Under the pieces are notes generated by a model that was given only the letters and a program-made list of their open reading frames with translations, did no database searches and was not told the origin of the DNA. This document shows positions 18,900 through 26,685 of a stretch of 64,000 nucleotides of DNA, in pieces. Origin of the DNA: Lachnospiraceae bacterium (GTDB lineage: Bacteria > Bacillota > Clostridia > Lachnospirales > Lachnospiraceae); the NCBI GenBank assembly GCA_031280955.1, contig JAITGA010000015.1, positions 9,334 through 73,333 on the forward strand. The letters are read 5' to 3'. Both the position numbers and the translations under genes were made by a program. Each line of letters opens with the position of its first letter. Position 1 is the stretch's first letter.

Positions 18900-19828
18900 A
18901 GCTTCCAATGACGGCTTCACAAGCACCACACATACGAGCACCCAAAAGTACTGCCGGTATCATGACAGCGGTAATAATCGCTTTGCTTCCGGCTGCCGGT
19001 TTTGGGATTTATTATTTCGGGCTTAACGCACTTTATTTGATACTTGCGACAGTAGCCACGGCGGTAATAGCAGAGTATCTGGCGTGTTTGATTGGCAAAA
19101 AAAAGGTGACAACCGGAGATTATTCGGCAGTTGTAACCGGGTTGATACTGGCACTATGTCTGCCACCGGATATGCCGATATGGATAGGGGTGGCGGGAGC
19201 GGCATTTGCTATTCTCGTAGTCAAAATCCCTTTTGGCGGCTTAGGACGAAATATCGTGAATCCGGCGGCGGCGGCGCGGTGCTTTTTGCTACTTTCGTTT
19301 GCGCCGATGATGATTGCCCGCCAAAATACTGTATTGGCAACTTCAATTTTGACGGCGGGTGAAGAAGGTGATATTGCTGTCAGTTTACTTGACCTGATTT
19401 TCGGTCATCTGGGAGGAATGATAGGGGAAACGTCAATGTTGGCACTGGCGGCAGGAGTGGTATTCCTAGTGCTGCTGGGAGTGGTGGATTTGCGGATACC
19501 CGGTGTTTATATCCTTTCTTTTCTGGGCTTTATCGTTTTGTTTACCAAAAATACCGATCCTGTCTATCTGGTTGCCCATCTGATAGGTGGGGGTTTGCTT
19601 TTGGGTGCATTTTTCATGGCAACAGATTTTGTAACGAGACCGTTAAGTGTAGCAGGTCAATTGATATATGGCTTGTTACTGGGCTTTTTGACAGCAGTAT
19701 TTAGGTTTTACGGGTCGGGAATGGAAGGGGTCGTCTTTGCGATTATCATTGTCAATTTCCTGACACCGCTTATTGACAAGTGCATTAGTGGATATCGGCC
19801 ACAAAAGGTAAAAAATGATGAAACGTGA
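18896..19828 (+). CDS. rnfD: Rnf complex subunit D
   Basis: Polytopic membrane protein with FGGLGRNIVNPAAAAR and GETSMLALAAG. ATG 18896 overlaps the rnfC stop (ATGA). Confidence 0.85.
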   Translation: MKLPMTASQAPHIRAPKSTAGIMTAVIIALLPAAGFGIYYFGLNALYLILATVATAVIAEYLACLIGKKKVTTGDYSAVVTGLILALCLPPDMPIWIGVAGAAFAILVVKIPFGGLGRNIVNPAAAARCFLLLSFAPMMIARQNTVLATSILTAGEEGDIAVSLLDLIFGHLGGMIGETSMLALAAGVVFLVLLGVVDLRIPGVYILSFLGFIVLFTKNTDPVYLVAHLIGGGLLLGAFFMATDFVTRPLSVAGQLIYGLLLGFLTAVFRFYGSGMEGVVFAIIIVNFLTPLIDKCISGYRPQKVKNDET

Positions 19829-21458
19829 GAATGCGGACAATAGAGCAACTCTTTCATTGTTGAAAGAAACGCTGATAAAGGGTGTCTGGCGGGAGAATCC
19901 GGTCTGGGTGTTGTTACTGGGTCTTTGTCCGGCATTGGCGGTGACGACTACAGTAGCAGGCGGGGCAATAATGGGGGTGCTGACATTATTGATTTTGACA
20001 TTGTCGAATCTCTTTTGGTCACTCCTTAACGAGAAAATCCCGCTTCGTTTTCGTTTTGTCAGCAGGGTGGCTCTGGTCGCTTTGTTGGTAACTGTTGCCG
20101 AATTTTTGGTAACTAGCTTTTTGCCATTTTGGGACAAAGCCCTTGGCATTTACCTACCTTTGATTGCGGTCAATTGCCTGATTAGCATCAGAAGCGAGCA
20201 AGTAGCGGAAAGAAAGCTTTTGCCATCAGTCTTTGACGGACTGGGGATGGGACTGGGTTTTTTGGTAGCATTGGTAGTGATGGGGGTTATTAGGGAACTG
20301 CTGGGAGCGGGAGAGTTACTGGGGTTGAGGATTATTCCCGGCGGATACGAGGTGGCTCTTTTTGCTTTGCCCCCCGGAGCTTTCTTCGTGTTGGCGTTTT
20401 TGATAGTTTTGATGAAAAAGTTGGAAAAAGTCGTAGCTTTGTTACCACGTAAGCAGGTGACGAATCGTGATAAAGTAAGGAAGAAAGTGGAGAAGGAAAG
20501 GGCAGAAATTTCTGCAAAAACAGCAGAAATGTCTGCAGAAATTTCTGCAAAAACAGCAGAAGTATCTGTAGATACATCTGCTGAAATGTCTGCTGAAGTA
20601 TCTGCTGAAACGGCATTTGAAATATCTGTTGAAACATCTGCAGATGTATCTGCAGAATCAGTAGAAGTAGTAACTGTCAAGAAACTAGCGAAGAAGAAAA
20701 AGGAAAAAGCAAAGAGGAAGACGAAAAAAGCGAAAGTTTCAGAGACGAAAACCCCTGATGTTTTGGTGGAAAGTGAAGAAACAGAGGTTGAGGAAGAGAC
20801 TTTTGATGATATAGATATTGAGGATTTGATTAGCGATGATAAGGATGTTGCCAAGACCGCAAAGGGTGAAATGATTACCGAAAGTGACGGAAAAGATGAT
20901 GTAATTGAGGTGGTAGAAGCAAAAGAAGCTGCCAAGCTTGAAATAGGAAAAGCAAAAAAGAAGAAGGCAAAAAAAGAAGTGGAAGTAAAGGAAGTGAGTG
21001 AAGAGATTACAGAAGAGGTAACTATTGAAGAAGCAGGTGGAGCTGAGCTAAAAAAAGTTAAGGCGAAAACAGGTAAGGGAAAAGCAGTAAAAGATGAAGC
21101 AAAAGATGAAGCAAAAGAAGAAGCAAAAGAAGAGACAAAAGAAGAGACAAAAGAAGAGACAAAAGAAGAAACAAAAGAAGAAACAAAAGAAGAAACAAAA
21201 GAAGAAATAAAAGAAGAGGTTGTTGAGATAAAAGAAAGCAAAAAGCCTGCGAGGAATGAAAAAGCGGATGAAGCAGAGACTCTGACTGCGGATAAAACAG
21301 CGACCGCCAATGAAGCGGAAACAACGGCTACACCTAAAAAGAGGGGACGGCCTAAGGGGTCAGGGAAGAAAACAAGTGAGATAAAAGATGTGACAAATAT
21401 AGAAGAAAAAGTGAGCAATAACAAAAATAACGATGAGGGAGGTGGGGTAATTGAATGA
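19815..21458 (+). CDS. rnfE: Rnf complex subunit E fused to a low-complexity Lys/Glu-rich C-terminal extension of about 330 aa
   Basis: The N-terminal roughly 215 aa are a typical RnfE/NqrD core (NPVWVLLLGLCPALAVT, YLPLIAVNC). The rest is repeats, (AE[IMV]S)n and (KEETK)n, plus a TPKKRGRPKGSGKK motif. Confidence 0.8.
   Translation: MMKRENADNRATLSLLKETLIKGVWRENPVWVLLLGLCPALAVTTTVAGGAIMGVLTLLILTLSNLFWSLLNEKIPLRFRFVSRVALVALLVTVAEFLVTSFLPFWDKALGIYLPLIAVNCLISIRSEQVAERKLLPSVFDGLGMGLGFLVALVVMGVIRELLGAGELLGLRIIPGGYEVALFALPPGAFFVLAFLIVLMKKLEKVVALLPRKQVTNRDKVRKKVEKERAEISAKTAEMSAEISAKTAEVSVDTSAEMSAEVSAETAFEISVETSADVSAESVEVVTVKKLAKKKKEKAKRKTKKAKVSETKTPDVLVESEETEVEEETFDDIDIEDLISDDKDVAKTAKGEMITESDGKDDVIEVVEAKEAAKLEIGKAKKKKAKKEVEVKEVSEEITEEVTIEEAGGAELKKVKAKTGKGKAVKDEAKDEAKEEAKEETKEETKEETKEETKEETKEETKEEIKEEVVEIKESKKPARNEKADEAETLTADKTATANEAETTATPKKRGRPKGSGKKTSEIKDVTNIEEKVSNNKNNDEGGGVIE
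20502..20660 (+). repeat. Imperfect 12-nt-periodic coding repeat (GCWGAARTDTCT)n
   Basis: Read directly from the sequence. It encodes AEISAKTAEMSAEISAKTAEVSVDTSAEMSAEVSAE... inside the rnfE tail. Confidence 0.8.
21089..21217 (+). repeat. 15-nt tandem coding repeat (about 8-9 units)
   Basis: AAAGAAGARACAAAA-type units encode KDEAKDEAKEEAKEETKEETKEETKEETKEETKEETKEEIKEE. Confidence 0.85.
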
Positions 21459-22032
21459 AAATATACTCTTAATTATTTTGACAACAGCCCTAATCAACAA
21501 CATCGTTTTGGGACAGTTCCTGGGTATATCCACTTTCATGGGAGCGTCAACATCAATCAAAACCGCAGGAATAATGGGAGGAACGATGATAGTCATCATC
21601 ACCCTTACGGCGGCGGTGACGGGTGCGATTTTTGAGTTTGTTCTGCAACCATTGGGGATAGTGTTCCTTTCGACCTTTATTTTCATAGCTATTATAGTCG
21701 GAATCGTGAAAGCTCTTTCTTTACTGGTAAAGCAATATGCAAAGAAACATGTTCATATCGTCGAGATGTATTGGCCGATACTGGCTCTTAATTGTGCGAT
21801 ACTGGGTGTGACAGTTATCAATGCCCGCATGGGAAACGGCGTATTGACCAGTACGGTCAATGGATTGGCGGCGGCGGTGGGATTTTCAGTTGTTATCATC
21901 ATTTTTGCCGCCGTTCGTGAACGGATTACCCACGATGATATTCCCCTTTCGTTCCGGGGGATGCCGATTCTCTTGCTAACCGCCGGATTGATGGCGATGG
22001 CGTTTTATGGTTTTTCCGTATTGCTTTTTTAA
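21451..22032 (+). CDS. rnfA: Rnf complex subunit A
   Basis: Six-TM protein with NNIVLGQFLGIS, typical of RnfA/NqrE. It overlaps the rnfE stop by 8 nt. Confidence 0.85.
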   Translation: MNENILLIILTTALINNIVLGQFLGISTFMGASTSIKTAGIMGGTMIVIITLTAAVTGAIFEFVLQPLGIVFLSTFIFIAIIVGIVKALSLLVKQYAKKHVHIVEMYWPILALNCAILGVTVINARMGNGVLTSTVNGLAAAVGFSVVIIIFAAVRERITHDDIPLSFRGMPILLLTAGLMAMAFYGFSVLLF

Positions 22033-22070
22033 TCCAATATGAATCATGACAGTAGCGAAGTATTCTTGTT

Positions 22071-23210
22071 TTGACAGGGGAAGGCAGGTTATTAGTGAAA
22101 CTACCTGATGAATCAGGATATGGCGGTGAATATGGGAAAAGACCCGTGATTATTTATTCGTTGGCAGGGGTTTCATTTGTAGTACTATTGATTTTGATAA
22201 TAGTGGTTACACAAAATACGAATACAAGCAGCCGTGCCAATGAGCAAAATGAGCGTAATCCAGGAACAATAGATAGTAATACCGATGTCAATATTGACAT
22301 AAATGACCCGGCAAATGACAGCGGCGTACGAGTCGATGACCTTGATTTTTGGGATATGTATCCGGAAAAAGATGATTCGGCTTTGGGACTTGATGATGTC
22401 GTACCACAAGTACCTGATGATGACCCGCGTCCTCCGCTTGGTCCGTCCGAGGATGGTCGGCACACCTTGATTGAGCGCAGGAACGGCACTTCGGAGTGGG
22501 TGATGATCAATCCCTATATCACTCGCAATACCTATGACCCGCTCGGTTTTGTCCTGCGGCGGGAGCGGATGGGTTATTATGAAAATGACAGGCAGGTATC
22601 ATTTATGGGGGTGGACTTGTCTCGTCATGATGGTAATGCTGATTTTGCTCGCATGAAAAGTGATGGGGTTTATTTTGTCCTGTTGCGGTTGGGGGCGAGA
22701 GGTTATGAAACAGGACAGCTCACCGTAGATGATAACTTCCTAAGCAACCTAAATAGTGCCCTTGAAAGTGGATTACATGTCGGGATTAGCTTCTTTTCTC
22801 AAGCTGTAACCAGAGAGGAAGCAATTGAGGAAGCAACGCTTATCATTGAAACGGTTGCCGACAAAAAAATCACTTATCCGGTCGTTTTTCATATGGACTA
22901 TATTGCCTACGGCGCATCACGCATTGACCGGCTCACTCGTGCCGAAAAGACGGAAATAACCGACGCTTTCTGTAATTTCGTCAGCGGTGCAGGGTATGTG
23001 CCAATGATATATGGTACGAAGGAATGGTTGATTGAGCAGATTGATTTGGCACGGCTTTTGAGCTATGACATTTGGTTATCGCAATCAAGGGATTTGCCGG
23101 ATTATCCTTACAAATTTCAGATTTGGCAGTACTCACATAATGGTACGGTTTCGGGGGTAAATGGCAATGTCAACATGAATATCAGCTTCGTTGATTATAG
23201 TGCTCGCTGA
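22071..23210 (+). CDS. Membrane-anchored GH25 muramidase (lysozyme)
   Basis: TM helix IIYSLAGVSFVVLLILIIVV, then a GH25 core (GVDLSRHDGNADF..DGVYFVLLRLGARG...VGISFFSQA...IWQYSHNGTVSGVNGNVNMNI). The start is uncertain: TTG 22071 or GTG 22095. Confidence 0.78.
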   Translation: MTGEGRLLVKLPDESGYGGEYGKRPVIIYSLAGVSFVVLLILIIVVTQNTNTSSRANEQNERNPGTIDSNTDVNIDINDPANDSGVRVDDLDFWDMYPEKDDSALGLDDVVPQVPDDDPRPPLGPSEDGRHTLIERRNGTSEWVMINPYITRNTYDPLGFVLRRERMGYYENDRQVSFMGVDLSRHDGNADFARMKSDGVYFVLLRLGARGYETGQLTVDDNFLSNLNSALESGLHVGISFFSQAVTREEAIEEATLIIETVADKKITYPVVFHMDYIAYGASRIDRLTRAEKTEITDAFCNFVSGAGYVPMIYGTKEWLIEQIDLARLLSYDIWLSQSRDLPDYPYKFQIWQYSHNGTVSGVNGNVNMNISFVDYSAR

Positions 23211-23277
23211 GGTATTGTTCGCCTAATTAAACTTTGTCAAAAGATTTGCGAGGAAGTGTACAGGGAGCGTTTGATTT

Positions 23278-24087
23278 CTATGGGGTGACTTTTGGCGGTA
23301 CATATGCAGTAATTTTCGGTGAAACGGCTATTTTGGAGTAAATCTCGGCATAGGTCTTGCCGGAGATATTCTCGATATAATTTGGAACAAATTGCTTGGT
23401 GACTCCGGCTTTTTTGACGATATCAACAGCTTTGTTGTAAGCGATGGCGGCCTCAACTTCACTTTCATAAGTTCCGACGGTGTAATTGCCGACAATATGA
23501 AGCTTGACCCGAAAGCGATGCTTCCCCCGCTTGGTAACTCGCAATACCCCGTTGAAACGATTGATTATTTCGATATTTTCATAGCGAAAATCATATTCAT
23601 CCCCATTCATGAAACGATAATCACGGTCTTTTACGGCATAGTTTTTGATGCCATAACGATTGAGGATATTGATTTGCATACCAAAATCACAGATGAAATA
23701 ATGACCACCCCGCTTCATTATCGCCCGTGAAGAGTAAAAAAACAAATCTTCGGCATCAAATTTGAGGATAATCCCTGGAGCGAGATGGTACTCAAAGAAT
23801 TTTTGCTTTATCATAATGGGCGTGTTGAAATATAACCCGCTTTCACGGAAGTTGAGCAAGACCACCCATTTACTATAAGGTAGAACACGATGTGATGTAT
23901 AATCATGCAACGTGATTTCCTTATCCCTGACTATCATTTTGGCTTCCAGATATGCGGCATGAGCCATGAGCATTGTCGCAAAACTGCCCAAGCTGATGTG
24001 CTTGCGCTTGACAGTAATAGAAGAGCGGTAGTGCAGCTCCTTGTTCTTTTTTCGTTGCGGATAAACGCCCGGTAATCTTGTTTCCAT
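23278..24087 (-). CDS. Protein with two AP2/ERF-like DNA-binding domains
   Basis: N-terminal LPGVYPQRKKNKELHYRSSITVKRKHISLGSFATMLMAHAAYLEA and C-terminal FRVKLHIVGNYTVGTYESEVEAAIAYNKAVD resemble bacterial AP2 domains. The start is taken at METRLPG (24087); the track ORF extends to 24123. Confidence 0.5.
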   Translation of the reverse strand: METRLPGVYPQRKKNKELHYRSSITVKRKHISLGSFATMLMAHAAYLEAKMIVRDKEITLHDYTSHRVLPYSKWVVLLNFRESGLYFNTPIMIKQKFFEYHLAPGIILKFDAEDLFFYSSRAIMKRGGHYFICDFGMQINILNRYGIKNYAVKDRDYRFMNGDEYDFRYENIEIINRFNGVLRVTKRGKHRFRVKLHIVGNYTVGTYESEVEAAIAYNKAVDIVKKAGVTKQFVPNYIENISGKTYAEIYSKIAVSPKITAYVPPKVTP

Positions 24088-24135
24088 AATGTAATTATAC
24101 ATCAGGCAAAGGGGTGATGGCAACAGCGAGCATAA

Positions 24136-24253
24136 CCTTTACTGAGGTCGGAAGAATGACACGCTTTTTTGTCATTCTTCGCACTAAGAACCTTGCAAAG
24201 CAAGGTTCGTGTGCTCTCATTGCGAGGCGGCTTTACACGCCGAAGCAATCCAT
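24136..24253 (+). repeat. Structured interspersed repeat, copy A (about 115 bp)
   Basis: Near-identical to 61248-61360 in the same orientation. Internal hairpins GAAGAATGAC/GTCATTCTTC and AACCTTGC/GCAAGGTT. It ends with the TCATTGCGAGG...CGAAGCAATCCAT module. Confidence 0.85.
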
Positions 24254-24335
24254 AGCAAAATTTATTACGCAATTTTTTTGCGCAAATTACAACTGTGCTT
24301 GCCAAAATAATTGAATCATGGTAAAGTGAAATTCG

Positions 24336-24419
24336 GCCGGCGTGTCGGAATGGCAGACGAGGCAGACTCAAAATCTGTTGTGGTTCACCCACGTGCGGGT
24401 TCAAGTCCCGCTGCCGGCA
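24336..24419 (+). tRNA. tRNA-Leu (anticodon CAA)
   Basis: Folded by hand. Acceptor GCCGGCG/TGCCGGC, D arm, anticodon stem GCAGA/TCTGT with loop CTCAAAA, long variable arm (GTGG-TTCA-CCAC), T arm GCGGG-TTCAAGT-CCCGC, discriminator A. No encoded CCA. Confidence 0.9.
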
Positions 24420-24424
24420 GAAGG

Positions 24425-24450
24425 AAAAGTCCGATTTCGGACTTTTTTCT
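24425..24450 (+). terminator. Rho-independent terminator after tRNA-Leu
   Basis: Stem AAAAGTCCG/CGGACTTTT with loop ATTT, followed by a T-run. Confidence 0.7.
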
Positions 24451-24525
24451 TTGGAAAGCTAGTTCCAAGCTTTTCCAAATTTTTGTAGAGTTTTTGTGAT
24501 TGGTAATGGATAGGTTTTCTCAATT

Positions 24526-24554
24526 TTGACAGAATAAGCTCTATAATGTATAAT
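24526..24554 (+). promoter_or_regulatory. Consensus sigma-A promoter TTGACA-N17-TATAAT for the TA pair
   Basis: TTGACA at 24526-24531 and TATAAT at 24549-24554, with a 17-nt spacer, about 40 nt upstream of the antitoxin ATG. Confidence 0.6.
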
Positions 24555-24593
24555 TTACATTAATCAGGTTTATTTTGAATCGAGGTGTAAATT

Positions 24594-24761
24594 ATGAGTA
24601 CAGTAGTAAAAAACGATCATTTTAAAATGTTAGAAAAGAATCAAGCAGAGGTCAGACAACTTGTCTTAGAAGGCATAAAGCAGGTTCAAGAAGGGAAAAT
24701 ATATGACTTCAATGAAGCTTGTGATAGATTAGTGGAAAAATACGAAAATGCAAAAGAATAA
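24594..24761 (+). CDS. Putative type II antitoxin (55 aa; below the track cutoff)
   Basis: My translation is MSTVVKNDHFKMLEKNQAEVRQLVLEGIKQVQEGKIYDFNEACDRLVEKYENAKE. RBS GAGGTG. It overlaps the downstream RelE/ParE toxin start by 14 nt. Confidence 0.55.
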   Translation: MSTVVKNDHFKMLEKNQAEVRQLVLEGIKQVQEGKIYDFNEACDRLVEKYENAKE

Positions 24762-25050
24762 TGTATATATCTCTGATATTGCAAAACAAGATTTAGCTGA
24801 TGCTAGTGACTATATTGCCTATAAATTAAAGAATCCCATCGCCGCTATTAATACAGTAGAAGGGATTCGTAAACATACCAACACCTTAAGTGCTTTCCCC
24901 GAACGAAATGAATTGGACGATGATCCAGTCCTTGCAAACATTGGGATTCGCGCTGATTACTATAAAAACTATAAAATCTATTATATGATTGAAGAAAATA
25001 TTGTATTCGTTGTGCGAATTTTACATATGCTTGTTGATAGCCGCTTTTAG
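24748..25050 (+). CDS. RelE/ParE-family type II toxin
   Basis: 100 aa. ISDIAKQDLADASDYIAYKL ... YKIYYMIEENIVFVVRILHMLVD is the typical ParE/RelE fold signature. Confidence 0.78.
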   Translation: MQKNNVYISDIAKQDLADASDYIAYKLKNPIAAINTVEGIRKHTNTLSAFPERNELDDDPVLANIGIRADYYKNYKIYYMIEENIVFVVRILHMLVDSRF

Positions 25051-25106
25051 CTGTTTGAAACTTTTGGCTTAAATAAATGATAGTTTTGTTCAAAGAGGAG
25101 GATATC

Positions 25107-25655
25107 ATGTTTGGATTCAACAAGAAAAAGAAAATCAAAGAAGAAACTCCAGAAGAAAAGTTCTTTCGTGAAAATTACGATGATTTGTTCCTGCCACCGT
25201 CAGCGTTTGATGGTTATGAGATAGCTGATGATAGTAAAGAAAAGTTAACCGCTATTTTCGATATACTAACAAATGGTTTGGCAGATAAAGAAGAGATTAG
25301 TTTTGAAAGTAGATATGAGTTTGTTGATAGCTTAGTATCAATAAACTTTTTAACAAGTGACTTTGAGCAGCAGTATACTTTAACGGAGATAGTGAGTGAA
25401 CTGAATGGAGTTGCCAGAAATTTAAACTACAAAATCGAATTGTCAGAAGAAGATGTCATGCAAATAGATGATGATATCAAGAAGCAGGCAAGAGAGTATT
25501 TTACTTATATAACTCATCACGACTTAAATGTATGTTCAAAATTGTTAGAACAGCAAGGTTATGAGTTGTTTCAGGTATTCCTGGACTGTGGTGGTCTGAC
25601 GATGTCAATATTACCAAAAGAGAGAATTGAGGATTTGAAGAAATATACGAAGTAG
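25107..25655 (+). CDS. Acidic hypothetical protein
   Basis: ATG 25107 follows AAAGAGGAGGA. 182 aa with no recognisable motif; coding-like composition. Confidence 0.45.
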   Translation: MFGFNKKKKIKEETPEEKFFRENYDDLFLPPSAFDGYEIADDSKEKLTAIFDILTNGLADKEEISFESRYEFVDSLVSINFLTSDFEQQYTLTEIVSELNGVARNLNYKIELSEEDVMQIDDDIKKQAREYFTYITHHDLNVCSKLLEQQGYELFQVFLDCGGLTMSILPKERIEDLKKYTK

Positions 25656-25714
25656 TTGTTTGAGGACAGGAGACAGATGAACCGTCTCCTTGTCTTCCTG
25701 AGTAAGGTATTGGA

Positions 25715-26147
25715 TTTCACATTGGGGACGTAGTTTCGGTTTTATCAGAAGAGGACTTCTTCAAATGCTGCTCCATGCCACGCAACCGTGAACTTATGCG
25801 TGTATTCCGGGATATAGAGCTTGCGGAGCAAATCGGTTCAGGCATGAGCCGGATACTCAAGCTTATGACCGTTCAATCTTTGAACTTTCGCCAAGTTTTA
25901 CAGTTGTTACGTTTCTTTTTGAGGAAGCTTTATTTCGCAGAATAGCTTGATAATTGGCAAGATAATTGACAAGATAAATTCTGTACTTGATACATTAAAA
26001 TACAATCCGAAAGCGACTATCCCCGATTTGATTGAAGTTACTGGTAAAGGTCAGCGCACAATATCACGTGAATTGAAAGAACACCAAGATGCGGAACTGC
26101 TACGGTGCGAGGGTTCACGAAAAACCGGATATTGGGTAGTGGAGTAA
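25715..26147 (+). pseudogene. Decayed 3' remnant of an AlbA_2/HATPase_c_4-type putative regulator with a C-terminal wHTH
   Basis: ...PRNRELMRVFRDIELAEQIGSGMSRIL continues only after a frameshift (AYDRSIFELSPSFTVVTFLFEE). It then hits a stop, followed by an HTH tail ORF (25947-26147, ...TGKGQRTISRELKEHQDAELLRCEGSRKTGYWVVE). No N-terminal part is present. Confidence 0.45.
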
Positions 26148-26403
26148 AAAATTATGAATATGACTGCGCCGTAATGAAATGGTATAGATTTCCAGTAAAG
26201 GATTTTTCCGAAGCAGATTGTGTGGCGACGTTGATGGCGATGTATCAAGAACTAACGATGTAATTCTAAAGGCTCTCTGCAAGCAAAGAAAAATGGAAAG
26301 AATAGAACTGGAAAACTATTACCACACACCCTCTCCCCCCCATTTATTCTTATAGCGTTTCCGTGTCTATGAGGTGATCGTCAGCAAGGTACAGGAATAA
26401 GCT

Positions 26404-26607
26404 ATCGGTACGGGTTACAACATGATGAAAGACGAGTATATCGACATGATTACCGCCGGAATTCTCGACCCTGCCAAAGTTATCCGCTGCGCACTGTAAG
26501 ATACTACCAGCGTCACCTCAACTTTCCTCACTACCGAATCTGTGGTTGCCAACATCAAGGAAGAAGTACCGCCTATGCCGGGCGGAGGCATGGGAGGAAT
26601 GATGTAA
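26404..26607 (+). pseudogene. groEL: Orphan 3' fragment of groEL (chaperonin C-terminus) with an internal stop
   Basis: It translates to [65 protein letters not shown]. The GGM tail and DP.KV.R.AL motif are diagnostic. About 90% of the gene is missing. Confidence 0.8.
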
Positions 26608-26632
26608 CATCACTCCAAAAGTTGTAAAAGTG

Positions 26633-26664
26633 AAACCCCCATGGGAAATCCTGAGGGGGTTTTT
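26633..26664. terminator. Bidirectional hairpin terminator
   Basis: Stem AAACCCCC/GGGGGTTT with a 14-nt loop and a T-run on the + strand. It lies between the groEL fragment and the 3' end of dinD. Confidence 0.55.
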
Positions 26665-26685
26665 GAGTGAAGGTATAAGAGTTTA

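Noticed and set aside
20150-21424. 424-aa minus-strand ORF, the longest antisense ORF in the window
   Set aside because: It is the mirror image of the low-complexity Lys/Glu repeat tail of rnfE. It has an S/F/L-rich nonsense composition and no RBS. It is an artefact of repeat DNA lacking stops on the opposite strand.
22071-24123. Prophage remnant (GH25 lysozyme plus AP2 protein, with the amidase at 52633)
   Set aside because: No capsid, terminase, portal, tail or holin genes are present. The GH25 and amidase proteins have membrane anchors typical of housekeeping or sporulation-type cell-wall hydrolases.
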